Source: a virus
Lineage: Duplodnaviria > Caudoviricetes
IMG/VR virus record: IMGVR_UViG_3300018041_000008
Coordinates: 1 to 54,860 of that record
Strand: one strand, 5' to 3'
Length of the DNA stretch: 54,860 bases
Below, piece after piece: positions 35,517 through 45,845 of this stretch; positions within the stretch are counted from its first letter, which is position 1, and every line of letters begins with the position of its first letter. A model generated the notes under the pieces. The model searched no databases, was not told where the DNA came from, and saw nothing but the letters and a program-made list of their open reading frames with translations. Position numbers and translations under genes: made by a program.

Positions 35517-37238
35517 TTAACTATTTTCAACTATTCTAGAGAAATCATTAACTTTTTCAAATCTTATATTGTTTTGGAATTTATCTAGAAGGACATCGCC
35601 TTTATGAGAGATCACAAAGATGTTTGAGTTTTCACCCAATTTATCCATGACAGATAGGAAGTAATCTGTTCCAGCAACATCTAGACTTGAATCAAAAATC
35701 TCGTCTAGCAGTAACAGATTCGTATTGACAGAGTTTTTCATTTTAGCGATTTGTCTCCAAGTGAATAATATGGCTAAGTCAATTCTCATTTTCTCACCTT
35801 CAGAGAAGGAAGCATATGTAAATTCATCTCTGTATCTGGACTTAATCACTTCATTAAAGTTTTCATCTAAATCAAACTTAACAAAGAAATCCATGGCTGA
35901 TAGGTACATATTAATTAACTTATTCATAGCGGGTAGGTATTCTTTAATAATAGAAGTTTTAATACCAGTATCTCTTAGTAAAGATGATGCTATATCTTGA
36001 AGATTTCTTTTCTTTTTAATCTCCATACGGTCATTATTTAATTCTAATGCTTCTGATGCATATGATTTTAATGTAGACTTTTCTTGCTCAATATTACCTT
36101 GATTTGAATTAAGACTAGCAATTTCATTTTGCATATCTGCATTTAGTTTATTTAGTATTTGTACTGAAGTATTTTCAGTTGATACTTCAATATTCATATC
36201 AGTAATCTTATTAGATATATCTTGCATGACTTGTAATTGATCTGTAAGTTTGTCTAATGCACTATCTAACATAGTTAATTTTATATCATATTCTTGTTTA
36301 TTAATAGTTAATTTTTCAATAATAGAATCTTTATGTTCATGTTGGATTCCTTGCTCACATGATGGGCATACTTCATTATTCTCAAAGAAGTTTATACTTT
36401 CATCAATCGTTGAATTTTTCTGTTTAAGTTTACTAGAATTATTCTTACAAGAGTCTATATCTTTTATTATAGTTTCTTTAGTTTTAATACTATTCTTTAA
36501 TTCAGTTATTTGTGAAAGTAACTCTGTAATATGATTTGATTTTTGTTTAATGATATTATTGTTTGCTTCTATTTTTTCTGTAATACTTTTTACGTTTTGA
36601 TCTTTAGTATTAACTAACGACTCAATAATTCTTTGTTGTGCTGTAGCTTTAGCTTTAATGCTATTTAGTTTTATTTCTTTATCTTTTAATTCTTCTTTTG
36701 TTTCAATGATTTTATCTTTTAGAATAGTATTCATTGTAGAGAATACTCTGATATCCAAAATATCTTCAATAACTTCTCTGCGTTGGCCACCTGGTAGTTG
36801 CATAAATGGGACAAAAGAAGCTGATCCAAGAATAACTACTTGAGTAAATGTTTTATAATTGAGTTTAAGTATTTGTTGTTCTAATACTTTTTGATAATCT
36901 TTAAGTGCGGCATCTTGATTAACTAATTCATCATTACAATATATTTCAAACGTATTAGGTTTTATTGCCCGTTTAACTTTATATGCATTAGGCCCAATAG
37001 AAAATTCAACTTCAGCTTCACATTGTTTCCCATTAATAGAATTGATTAATTGATTCTTATTAACATTTCTAAATGGTTTATTAAACAAAGCAAAACATAA
37101 TGCATCAAGAATAGTAGATTTCCCTTCACCATTCTTACCTACAATTAATGTTGTACCGTGGTTATTTAAATTAACTTTACTACCTTGACTACCAGTAGAA
37201 AGAAAATTCTTCCAAAATACTGATTTAAATACTATCAC
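35517..37238 (-). CDS. 46: Recombination endonuclease subunit gp46 (Rad50/SbcC-like)
   Basis: GKNGEGKST, CPSC zinc hook, FSEGEKMRID, LLDEIFD. Confidence 0.96.
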   Translation of the reverse strand: MIVFKSVFWKNFLSTGSQGSKVNLNNHGTTLIVGKNGEGKSTILDALCFALFNKPFRNVNKNQLINSINGKQCEAEVEFSIGPNAYKVKRAIKPNTFEIYCNDELVNQDAALKDYQKVLEQQILKLNYKTFTQVVILGSASFVPFMQLPGGQRREVIEDILDIRVFSTMNTILKDKIIETKEELKDKEIKLNSIKAKATAQQRIIESLVNTKDQNVKSITEKIEANNNIIKQKSNHITELLSQITELKNSIKTKETIIKDIDSCKNNSSKLKQKNSTIDESINFFENNEVCPSCEQGIQHEHKDSIIEKLTINKQEYDIKLTMLDSALDKLTDQLQVMQDISNKITDMNIEVSTENTSVQILNKLNADMQNEIASLNSNQGNIEQEKSTLKSYASEALELNNDRMEIKKKRNLQDIASSLLRDTGIKTSIIKEYLPAMNKLINMYLSAMDFFVKFDLDENFNEVIKSRYRDEFTYASFSEGEKMRIDLAILFTWRQIAKMKNSVNTNLLLLDEIFDSSLDVAGTDYFLSVMDKLGENSNIFVISHKGDVLLDKFQNNIRFEKVNDFSRIVENS

Positions 37239-37389
37239 TAACCGCTTTAGCTAATTGAGCAGCAACATTTCTAGGCAAATTTAGCACAATATTGCCATGA
37301 CCTTGTGCATTGTGTACTACAATTTGTAATACCTGTCCTGTTCCTTCAACCGTTGCTAAAAACTTATCTTCTTTTATTTCATGTAACAT
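37225..37389 (-). CDS. Small hypothetical protein between g47 and g46 (54 aa; not in track)
   Basis: MLHEIKEDKFLATVEGTGQVLQIVVHNAQG...; AGGAG SD. Confidence 0.6.
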   Translation of the reverse strand: MLHEIKEDKFLATVEGTGQVLQIVVHNAQGHGNIVLNLPRNVAAQLAKAVSDSI

Positions 37390-37398
37390 AACTTTCTC

Positions 37399-38454
37399 CT
37401 ATATTGACTCATGATGTATTGCTTCAAGATATAATTCTTTCAGCACTGTTTTAATTTCTTCTTTATTTTCTGTGGTGTTTACCGAATCCACATAATTTGA
37501 TAATATACTGAGGGTATCTTCAAGATTAATTTCAGTAGATATTTCTCCATTCTCAAACTCTGAGAAGTCTTCAATAATTTTAATGTCATGTGCGCCTCTT
37601 TGATATACATTATTCATAAACAAATCAAACTTATATAGATCTGTTTTATTCACTACTACAATCTTAACATACTTATCAGTTAAATCTATTTCAGATATAT
37701 CAATGACTTCTTTATCTAAATCATCATAGACTAATTTTTCATGTATGGTATATGGATTTTGAATAAAAGATAATTCACGAGTTTCTGTATCAAACACAGA
37801 AAACCCACGAGGATCATTATAATCTTGCCATGTCATTTCTGCTGGTGTTCCAACGTAAGTAATATTTTCTTGTTTAGATCTTGTATGATAATGACCCGAA
37901 CAAACTAATTCATACTTAGCAAACATATCATGAGACAGTCCATCTGATGCTGTATGCCCACGATACATTGGAAATCCTGCTATTTCAAAATGACCAAAAC
38001 ACAAATCTGATTTAGATTCATCAATGAACTTAAATACATCTTCTTCATTCTCTTTACAAATCCATGGAATCAAATCTATTTTTGTACCATCAATATCTAT
38101 TATAACAGGTTTATCAATTAAAGTAAAATTATATTCTCCTAAGATTAAACCGCTTGAGCTCACTGAAAGTGATTCTTTCCAAAATATATCATGGTTACCT
38201 AAAAGCGTTGTAAAACGTATGTTTTTTCGTTGTATTTCATCAAAAAAGTAGCGTTTTACCTCAGAAAGTGTGTTAAAATTGATGAATTTTCGTCTATCAA
38301 ACAAATCACCTAATTGTATTATTTCAGTAATGCCATGTTCTTCTAAGTATGGAAAGAAAGTATTTTTATAGAATTTCTCAAAGTAATCATGGAATTTGCG
38401 TGAATCATTCCGCGCGCCAAAATGAGTATCGCCTAAAATAACAAACTTAGTCAT
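37399..38454 (-). CDS. 47: Recombination endonuclease subunit gp47 (Mre11/SbcD-like)
   Basis: GDTHFGAR, LGDLFDRRK, GNHD, SGHYH. Confidence 0.96.
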   Translation of the reverse strand: MTKFVILGDTHFGARNDSRKFHDYFEKFYKNTFFPYLEEHGITEIIQLGDLFDRRKFINFNTLSEVKRYFFDEIQRKNIRFTTLLGNHDIFWKESLSVSSSGLILGEYNFTLIDKPVIIDIDGTKIDLIPWICKENEEDVFKFIDESKSDLCFGHFEIAGFPMYRGHTASDGLSHDMFAKYELVCSGHYHTRSKQENITYVGTPAEMTWQDYNDPRGFSVFDTETRELSFIQNPYTIHEKLVYDDLDKEVIDISEIDLTDKYVKIVVVNKTDLYKFDLFMNNVYQRGAHDIKIIEDFSEFENGEISTEINLEDTLSILSNYVDSVNTTENKEEIKTVLKELYLEAIHHESI

Positions 38455-39043
38455 TAGGGTTTGTATCCTCTTCTATAAAGTTATCTAATAATACTGATGT
38501 TATAGGTTTTTCTTTTTTCTTTCTTTGCCTTTCTTCAAACTTAGAATCAAATGTACCATTATCTTGCATAAATTCTACAAAGCTATTAGAGTAGTCTTCG
38601 TTTCTATCGTGGTCTTGAACTATAAATTGTTCTTGTGTATTATCCCTAACTAACTTACCTTTAATATATGCTTGTTTCTTTTCTTTTTCAATACGACGTA
38701 AATAAGCAAAGTAAATTATTTGGGTAAAATATGAAAATGGATTTGAAGATTTTTCAGGATTAAAGTTATCAAAGTACGCAATACAATTCTCAATACCATC
38801 AAGAATCATATCATCTTTATATGAATAATTAATAAAGTTAGGCCTATTAGAAAGCTTACGTGCAATCTTTAATATACATTCACCTAGATAATCTGGAATT
38901 TGTGGTTTTTCATCACCGCTATTTTCCGCATCCAAACAATCTTTTTTATATACTATAATAGCTTCTAAAAATTCTTTATTGTTTACGTAATGTACTGGTT
39001 TTTTCTTTTCTTTTTTTTCTATTGCCATAATGTATTCTTTCAC
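38447..39043 (-). CDS. 55: Late-transcription sigma factor gp55
   Basis: HYVNNKEF, PNFINYSYKDDMILDGIENC, NPFSYFTQIIYFAYLRRI.KEKKQ. Confidence 0.96.
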   Translation of the reverse strand: MKEYIMAIEKKEKKKPVHYVNNKEFLEAIIVYKKDCLDAENSGDEKPQIPDYLGECILKIARKLSNRPNFINYSYKDDMILDGIENCIAYFDNFNPEKSSNPFSYFTQIIYFAYLRRIEKEKKQAYIKGKLVRDNTQEQFIVQDHDRNEDYSNSFVEFMQDNGTFDSKFEERQRKKKEKPITSVLLDNFIEEDTNPND

Positions 39044-39058
39044 TGATTTAATATATTC

Positions 39059-39149
39059 ATTATATAATATCTTCTATTTAAATGACAATTAATTTATTAT
39101 TTAATTTATAAAAAAATAATTGTACAAAAAATCTAATTTGTTATATTAT
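39059..39149. promoter_or_regulatory. Back-to-back promoters: minus-strand g55 promoter (39059-39087) and plus-strand promoter (39121-39149)
   Basis: TGTCAT-N17-TATAAT (-) and TGTACA-N17-TATTAT (+) around an almost pure AT spacer. Confidence 0.55.
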
Positions 39150-39188
39150 AACTGTATTGGGTCTTTCAACTTAATCACTAAAGTATAT

Positions 39189-39671
39189 CTAATGTATAGT
39201 CTTTTTAGTTGGGTCCACTAGATTATCCATTACATCAACAAATTCATCTACTGAATATTCTTCTGTGTTGGAGTCTGAGGAATTTTGATTAGGTACTATG
39301 GTTTCAATTGCTGTATTAATTCTATCAACAACACCTTGTATATCTTCCATTGTATCATTATTAGTAGCTTGTTTATCTGCATTTTGAATAAAATCATCTA
39401 CTGCATCATGATATACTCCAACATAATTAGAATCCATATCTTTAAATGATACAACATGATTCTTCTGGAAAGTAAATTCATCATCAGCAGAGAAGTAACT
39501 ATATGGAGCAAGTGTAACCGATTCAATTGGTTTATTACCAACAAAACGTTGCACTAATTTAACTACCATGGGAAACATAGTAATGAGTTGATATTCATCT
39601 TCATCTAAGACGGAGCATAATACCTCTTCGCCGGTTACTAACTTCAATACTGCATAGGTATCTCTTATCAT
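39189..39671 (-). CDS. Conserved hypothetical (Sm-like) protein downstream of uvsW
   Basis: VLKLVTGEEV; usual uvsW-x-g55 synteny. Confidence 0.7.
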   Translation of the reverse strand: MIRDTYAVLKLVTGEEVLCSVLDEDEYQLITMFPMVVKLVQRFVGNKPIESVTLAPYSYFSADDEFTFQKNHVVSFKDMDSNYVGVYHDAVDDFIQNADKQATNNDTMEDIQGVVDRINTAIETIVPNQNSSDSNTEEYSVDEFVDVMDNLVDPTKKTIH

Positions 39672-41161
39672 AAATTAATCTCATGTAAAGTATAATCAAA
39701 TTGTTCTTCAGAATATATTTTAAGACGTTCTATAAAATGATTGAGTGTATGATTACGTTTAGATTTATATTGCAAATTATCTGATATATCGTACAACGTC
39801 AATTTATCTTTACCATCCTTTAATCGTAATCCTCTACCGATTGATTGTAGATTGCGGATCTTAGATTTAGTAGGTGAAGCAAATATAATATTCTGTATAC
39901 TTGGTATATTTATGCCTGTAGAAAAGGTAGCATATGAAGCAACAATAATAGTATTTGAATCAGTCTCAGTTTGATGACGTATATCTTCTCTGTCTAGGGT
40001 ATTCACCCCACCATGAACATAATGTACCGTTTTATCTGGTGCTTTTTCTTTAATCATATCATACAAAATCTTACCGTGTTTTTCTACAAATTGAAATAAG
40101 ACTAAAGTATTGCCTTCTGATTTAATAGCAAGATTGCGTATAAATTTATTTCTTGGTTCATGAGATATTAAAAATTGCATTTCTTTTTGATAGTCAAGCT
40201 CTTTAACTATTTTACATAAAGGCTCAGAATATTTTATAGTTAAACATTTAATATCAATATTCACTACCTTCCCAGTTTCCATCAATTCTTTTGTGGTGAT
40301 CACTCTGTGAATAGGACCAAATAAACCTTCTAAGGTAAGTTGACTGATTTTTTTACTATCAATAGTTCCTGTGGTACCAATTCTATACTTAACATCTTTC
40401 ATCTTTTCCATAATAGAAATGAGAGATATGGCTTTAAATTGATGAGCTTCATCCCCAATGACTACATTAAAATTATCAAACCATTGTTTAGGTTGTTTAT
40501 AGATAGACTGCCAAGTAGTAATCAGTACATTATGAGACACTTCTCGAGTAAATCCAGAATAAAGTTTTTGGCAGTGATTTTTTACGGTGAATTCATTATT
40601 AGTAGAATAGTCTTCAAAATCAGAATAGAGTTGTTCAACAAGAGATGTAGTAGGCACAACAATCATACACTTTCTACCTTCTTCAATATGCCATCGAATT
40701 AAACAATAAATCATAAACGATTTACCTGAAGCAGTAGGAGATAGCAAAACAGTTCTATTTAAGTTTAATGCAGTAGTAACAGCTTCTACTTGATAGTCTC
40801 TTGCTGGAATAGGTTCACCTCGAGCATGCATATCTAAAGATTTAATCCAACTATCAATATCAGGAACTTTATAATCGTTGTGTTCTATCGGAGTTGGAAA
40901 GTCATCATTTGGAATAAATTCTACAGTATAATTAGCCCGTTTTGCAAACTCTAAAACATAATTATATAACCCTACATAAAGTGTTTTTCTAAGTAGACTA
41001 TAGAGCCTGACGCGTCCATCCCAGATTCTTGCTTTAAACTTAGGAGTGAATTTAGCACCAGGTACTTCATACGTAAAGAATGATTCTAGTTCTTGTTCAC
41101 AATTAGGATCAGAATAAATTCTTAGATGTACTTCAGATATTTTTTCGATTGATAGTTTCAA
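39668..41161 (-). CDS. uvsW: RNA-DNA/DNA helicase UvsW
   Basis: SPTASGKS, GDEAH, STGINI, LQSIGRGLR. Confidence 0.96.
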   Translation of the reverse strand: MKLSIEKISEVHLRIYSDPNCEQELESFFTYEVPGAKFTPKFKARIWDGRVRLYSLLRKTLYVGLYNYVLEFAKRANYTVEFIPNDDFPTPIEHNDYKVPDIDSWIKSLDMHARGEPIPARDYQVEAVTTALNLNRTVLLSPTASGKSFMIYCLIRWHIEEGRKCMIVVPTTSLVEQLYSDFEDYSTNNEFTVKNHCQKLYSGFTREVSHNVLITTWQSIYKQPKQWFDNFNVVIGDEAHQFKAISLISIMEKMKDVKYRIGTTGTIDSKKISQLTLEGLFGPIHRVITTKELMETGKVVNIDIKCLTIKYSEPLCKIVKELDYQKEMQFLISHEPRNKFIRNLAIKSEGNTLVLFQFVEKHGKILYDMIKEKAPDKTVHYVHGGVNTLDREDIRHQTETDSNTIIVASYATFSTGINIPSIQNIIFASPTKSKIRNLQSIGRGLRLKDGKDKLTLYDISDNLQYKSKRNHTLNHFIERLKIYSEEQFDYTLHEINL

Positions 41162-41599
41162 TTACATTCCTGCTAAAAAGGACTTCCATGCTATACCGTT
41201 TTTAATTTGCCAATCTCTGGCTTTAATTTGATTGAGAATAGAATCCAATAGATATCCCATAGTTTCAAGATATTCTAATCTAAGATTGAGATCACTTAAA
41301 TCCTTATCACCTTGTAAGAATTCATCCATTTCATTTTTAAGTGGCTTGTTGTACTGCCAAGGTTCCCATCCAAGAGATACTAATTCATCTCTAGACATTT
41401 CACCTCGGTAATATCTAAACTTATTTTTACGTAATATATTATAATCACCACGTATTTTTGTTAGTTTGAGTTTGACGTTGATAATAAGCTTAACGTATTT
41501 TGAGTGTAGGTTTGGGGTATGAGTTGATGCTTCACCTAAATGATTATCATCTATCTGACAATCCCGTTCCCATTCTTGCTGTATTTCTTCAATATTCAT
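41162..41599 (-). CDS. uvsY: Recombination mediator UvsY
   Basis: PNLHSKY, YYRG, RDWQIKNGIAWKSFLAG. Confidence 0.9.
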   Translation of the reverse strand: MNIEEIQQEWERDCQIDDNHLGEASTHTPNLHSKYVKLIINVKLKLTKIRGDYNILRKNKFRYYRGEMSRDELVSLGWEPWQYNKPLKNEMDEFLQGDKDLSDLNLRLEYLETMGYLLDSILNQIKARDWQIKNGIAWKSFLAGM

Positions 41600-41628
41600 A
41601 ATGTTCTCGTTACTTCATTCAAATTTAT

Positions 41629-41657
41629 ATTATATCACATATTTGTATTAAAGTACA
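41629..41657 (-). promoter_or_regulatory. Early/middle-type promoter for uvsY
   Basis: TGTACTTTAAT..TATAAT. Confidence 0.75.
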
Positions 41658-41663
41658 TAGTTT

Positions 41664-42188
41664 TTAACCAAATTCGTAATATGAATACCTGAAAATTGCA
41701 TTACCAACTAAGTACTGTACATCTGCTAAATTAGAACCAAACTGTAATGAAGCTAAAGATACTGGATACAAATCCCTAAATTGTAGAGTTTGTACTACAG
41801 TATTATTAGCAGACAATATTGCTAATGAACCATCTGAAAAGTTTTTAGCAGATTCACTTTTACCTAACTGAGTATCTGTAGCAATAAAATTTGAATATTC
41901 TTCGTAGTTTTCTGGGAAACCTAACCCTTTCATCCAATCGTATAACGCTTTATAATTAGACATAGTATCATCTACTAAAAAATTAACAATCAAATCACCG
42001 TATGTTATAACAGTATCAGGAATTTGCATAACTGATAGTGGAGTAGGAACTGCTATAGAACCTAATGTTACATCAGGTAATGTTGCTTCTTGGCAAAAGT
42101 AACTAACTGAAGGTAATTTAGAAATATCTAATTTAAATCCAACAGGACTTAATGGGTTTATTGAATCGGGTACTGGACATGCTGCCAT
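41664..42188 (-). CDS. 3: Tail tube terminator / tail completion protein gp3
   Basis: NPLSPVGF, YFCQ...LP, FLVDD.M.NY..LYDW; late box at 42217-42224. Confidence 0.88.
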   Translation of the reverse strand: MAACPVPDSINPLSPVGFKLDISKLPSVSYFCQEATLPDVTLGSIAVPTPLSVMQIPDTVITYGDLIVNFLVDDTMSNYKALYDWMKGLGFPENYEEYSNFIATDTQLGKSESAKNFSDGSLAILSANNTVVQTLQFRDLYPVSLASLQFGSNLADVQYLVGNAIFRYSYYEFG

Positions 42189-42230
42189 TTTTAATGCCTC
42201 ATTATTGTATACTTATTATTTATAATAATT

Positions 42231-42374
42231 TTAAGTATCAGTATTAGTATTTTCAGTGACTGGGATTTTAGCAAGTTTAAGATCTTCAATCAATTCGTCT
42301 ATTGGCTTATCGCTATACCGATTATCTCTCAACCAGGCTGCTCTTACATATAAATCGTCATATTCATTCATCAT
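42231..42374 (-). CDS. Small late protein (47 aa; not in track)
   Basis: MMNEYDDLYVRAAWLRDNRYSDKPIDELIEDL...; TATAAATA at 42380-42387 just upstream. Confidence 0.45.
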   Translation of the reverse strand: MMNEYDDLYVRAAWLRDNRYSDKPIDELIEDLKLAKIPVTENTNTDT

Positions 42375-42392
42375 ATACTTATTTATAACAAT

Positions 42393-42419
42393 AAAAAAAG
42401 GGAGCCGAAGCTCCCTTTT
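42393..42419 (-). terminator. Rho-independent terminator after g23
   Basis: AAGGGAGC-TTCG-GCTCCCTT-TTTTT. Confidence 0.92.
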
Positions 42420-42468
42420 AAATACAACCGTAATAAGATTAACTTATCAACGTAATAAGATTTCCTTA

Positions 42469-43785
42469 TTACATCAAATTTGCAACCTTGACTGTACGAT
42501 AGTAGTAGTTCTTACCTGCAGCTAAGTTATCTTCGCCTGTAGTAGCATCATCAAGATTAACGAATGGGTTAGCAACTAAACCATAACGTGTTTTAAATCC
42601 GATTTTTGGTTGGAAGCTGTTAGGATCTACAGCACGAACCATTTGTAATGGAACATACGGACAGTAGAATAAACCAGCGTCAAATGCTGAAGTACCTTTG
42701 TAACCAACAGTAAAGAACTGTGTAGCACCTTGGTTAGCTGAGTATGGATCAACATAAACTTTATATTTACCGTTTAATACACCAGCAAATGTTGTTGAAG
42801 CTTCGTCAACATTCAATGAAGTAGAAAGAGCAGGAGCGTAATCAAGAACGCCAGCCATTGCTAATGCAGATGCAACATCTGATGAACAAAGGATGAAGTT
42901 ACCACGGCCTCTACGAGTTTGTTGTGCAATCGCATTTGCTTCACGTTCGATTTGGAATAGTAAGCCTTTGAATTTTTCAACAGACCATCTACCATTTGAA
43001 TCAACGTCTAAGTCAAAAGTACCTTGAACAGCAGTACCAACAGCAGCACCAGCTTTAGAAGTTTTGTACACTGTACGAACAACTTCACGGTTAATTTCAG
43101 CAAGAATTTCTGTAGAAAGAATATTGCTTAATTCACCTTCAGCATCTAAACCATGAACTGATTTAAGATCTTGAGCTAGTTCGATTGAGTACTCAGCTTT
43201 AAGAGCACGTGTTTTAGCTGTTACAGAAGTTTTTTCGATTGAGAATGCCATAGCACCGAAAGAACCATCGCCTGTACCACCTTGACCAAGTCTTTCACCA
43301 GCTGCTGTAGTTAGACCAGTACCTGTTGTATCAGTACCTGATGCTGGGTTAGAACCTGCATGTACACCAGTACCAGAGAAGTCTGTATCAGCTTCGTTGA
43401 ATAGAGCTTCGTCACCGTTTTGTGTAGCATAACGTGATTTCATTGCAAAGATAAGGCCTGTAGGTTGTGTCATTGGTTGAACACCAGCGATATCATAAGC
43501 AATCATTTGTGGCATAGCACGACGTACTAAAGAGATAAGAACTGGATCAAAACCAGATACTGTACCTGTATTAGCACCAGCTTCACCACCTAGTGCGATA
43601 CCTGTACCACCAGAGTTACCTGGAGCAGCTTCGAATAGAGCATGTGATTGCTTTTGCATTTCACGTTCTTGGTTTTCTAAAAGTACTGCAGTTACTTCTT
43701 TACGATATTGGTCCTTAATCGCTGGAGCACCTTCGTGTTCTAGGATTGGAGCCCATTTTTTTAATAAATCTTGTCTTGATGACAT
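42469..43785 (-). CDS. 23: Major capsid protein gp23
   Basis: DPVLISLVRRAMP, GVQPMTQPTGLIFA, KTRALKAEYS.ELAQDLK, FYCPYVPLQM, PKIGFKTRYG. Confidence 0.99.
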   Translation of the reverse strand: MSSRQDLLKKWAPILEHEGAPAIKDQYRKEVTAVLLENQEREMQKQSHALFEAAPGNSGGTGIALGGEAGANTGTVSGFDPVLISLVRRAMPQMIAYDIAGVQPMTQPTGLIFAMKSRYATQNGDEALFNEADTDFSGTGVHAGSNPASGTDTTGTGLTTAAGERLGQGGTGDGSFGAMAFSIEKTSVTAKTRALKAEYSIELAQDLKSVHGLDAEGELSNILSTEILAEINREVVRTVYKTSKAGAAVGTAVQGTFDLDVDSNGRWSVEKFKGLLFQIEREANAIAQQTRRGRGNFILCSSDVASALAMAGVLDYAPALSTSLNVDEASTTFAGVLNGKYKVYVDPYSANQGATQFFTVGYKGTSAFDAGLFYCPYVPLQMVRAVDPNSFQPKIGFKTRYGLVANPFVNLDDATTGEDNLAAGKNYYYRTVKVANLM

Positions 43786-43796
43786 TTTATTTTCCT

Positions 43797-45140
43797 TTAT
43801 TTAAGATAGTTAAGTGTATTAACATATTGACTCATTGATCCATTAAGTTTAACTTCTTCCTTAATAGTTTCAATAGGCTCATCTGTTACTACAGAATTAA
43901 CATTTGTAGTTGATGTTTTACCTGTGAAGTAATTTTCACGGATAGTCTGAACCTTTTTCTCAAAAGTTTCTGCATCTTCAAAAGTTAGTTCTTCAGCTAG
44001 GCCAAAGAATTTTTCTTTTTCTGTTTCTGTCATATTAGAAGCAGTTACTGAAAGAATTTCCTTACGAGTAGATTCGTTGATAACTTTGTTAAGTTCAACG
44101 TTTGCAGCTAACTGTTCGTTTAGTTTTTCTTCTAGATCTGCTTTATCCTGTTCTAAAGAACCTAATACATCAAATTTTTCCTCAGGAATATCGATATAGT
44201 GTTCTTCAAATAGTCCTTTTAGACCAGAAACGAAGCCTTCAAGAATCTCAGACTTCATACCATTTTCAAGGGCGATTTCATTATTATTAATCCACTGCTC
44301 AACTACGTAGTTGAGGTATCCATCAACTTTTTCAACAAGTCCCTCTTTATTATCAGCTATAGCTTCTTCAAGCTCAGCTGCAAATTCTTCTTCAAGACGT
44401 GCAACTTCAGACTTAACACGTGTTACAATAGCTGCTTCAAAAATTGTAGCTGCTTTTGTCTTGAATTCTTCAGAAAGATCTTCACCATTAACTAATGCAG
44501 AAACATCTTCTGCAATATCAAATGTAGAGTATTCTTCATATTGTTCTTTCATACCTTTCTTTTTATATTTCTCAGCCTGGGTTTCATGATAATCTCGCGC
44601 CTCAGAATGTGCTATATCAGTACCATGATCTTCTTCATTTGCTGGATGAATATGGCGTTGCGGATGTTCTTCTGAATCATAATGAAAATTTACGGCTTGA
44701 TCATGATGATTCGCCATGTGTGAATGATACCCATGCTTGTCACCTTTTTTCAAAGCTTCCTGTGCTTTTTTCTTATAACCAACTATTTCCTCAGAATGTC
44801 TGTTAAATTCTTTTGCTGCTTTAACTTCTTTTCCAATTGGACTTTTGTAACCCTCATAATCATCCTTATTTGTAGATATAGGGTCATGCTTAAAGTGTGC
44901 ATTCTTACCACCTCCATCTACTGCTTCATCTAGTTTTTCTTCATCTTCTTCATCATCTTCTTCGTCTTCGTCATCACCATTTTTCTTAGCAATAGCTTTT
45001 TTTAGTGCTGGTGGCATTTCACCTTCAGCAACAATTTCAACGTCGTCTTCTGCATTTTCAGCAAAAGCTTCTGCTTCAATTTGAGTTTCGTCTTTATTAG
45101 ACTCCGCTAAAATCTCTGCAATCTTTTGTTCGATAGACAT
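43797..45140 (-). CDS. 22: Prohead scaffold/core protein gp22 with His-rich insertion
   Basis: LSEEFKTKAATIFEAA, VDGYLNYVVEQW, LFEEHYIDIPEEK; late box 45183-45190. Confidence 0.93.
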   Translation of the reverse strand: MSIEQKIAEILAESNKDETQIEAEAFAENAEDDVEIVAEGEMPPALKKAIAKKNGDDEDEEDDEEDEEKLDEAVDGGGKNAHFKHDPISTNKDDYEGYKSPIGKEVKAAKEFNRHSEEIVGYKKKAQEALKKGDKHGYHSHMANHHDQAVNFHYDSEEHPQRHIHPANEEDHGTDIAHSEARDYHETQAEKYKKKGMKEQYEEYSTFDIAEDVSALVNGEDLSEEFKTKAATIFEAAIVTRVKSEVARLEEEFAAELEEAIADNKEGLVEKVDGYLNYVVEQWINNNEIALENGMKSEILEGFVSGLKGLFEEHYIDIPEEKFDVLGSLEQDKADLEEKLNEQLAANVELNKVINESTRKEILSVTASNMTETEKEKFFGLAEELTFEDAETFEKKVQTIRENYFTGKTSTTNVNSVVTDEPIETIKEEVKLNGSMSQYVNTLNYLK

Positions 45141-45191
45141 GCTTATCTCCTATTTTAAGTATCTTTAATAAGATATTAATATTATTTATAA

Positions 45192-45842
45192 TTATTTAAT
45201 TTTCTTAAGAAAGTATTGAAACATTCTTAACTTCTGTTCTTCTAGATTTTTTAAAGAAGTCTTACGAATAATACTTTGAACTTCTTGTAAATCTTTTTCC
45301 ACAAATTTTCCATCGACCATAACCCACTCTTTTGACTCCATAACACCTTCTACAAACGCATTAGGTGCAGACGGATCTGCAACAATATCTGCTGCAGTTG
45401 CTAGAGTAAAATCGTTTTGAACCATTGAAACACCACCTTTAGATGTAAGTGAACCCATACCACGAGATGAAACTCCAAGAGTTGCACCTTCATCAATAAG
45501 AGACTTAACAATTTTTCCATAAGGAGTGTCCATAATCTTAGCTTTACCGATAAAGTTATCACCTTCTCTGCGTAAAGATTTAATCATATGAGATACGCGA
45601 TCTAGATTAATTGTAGGAGAGTCTGGATGTCCAAGCTCACCAAAAGCACGGTTCTTTGCTACATATTCTTCATTATATCGTTTAACTTCTTTATCCAATA
45701 TTTCTGTAGGATAAACACGTCCATTACGATTCTTTAAATTTGATTGAAGGAATACGCCCTCAATAAAATATTCTTTTCCTTTACCTAGTTTTTCTTCAAC
45801 TAGATATTTTACCTCTTCGGTATGTTCTTTTATTAGCTTCAT
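45192..45842 (-). CDS. 21: Prohead protease gp21
   Basis: NRNGRVYP, GELGHP, GVSSRGMGSL, DIVADPSAP.AFV. Confidence 0.97.
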   Translation of the reverse strand: MKLIKEHTEEVKYLVEEKLGKGKEYFIEGVFLQSNLKNRNGRVYPTEILDKEVKRYNEEYVAKNRAFGELGHPDSPTINLDRVSHMIKSLRREGDNFIGKAKIMDTPYGKIVKSLIDEGATLGVSSRGMGSLTSKGGVSMVQNDFTLATAADIVADPSAPNAFVEGVMESKEWVMVDGKFVEKDLQEVQSIIRKTSLKNLEEQKLRMFQYFLKKIK

Positions 45843-45845
45843 CGA

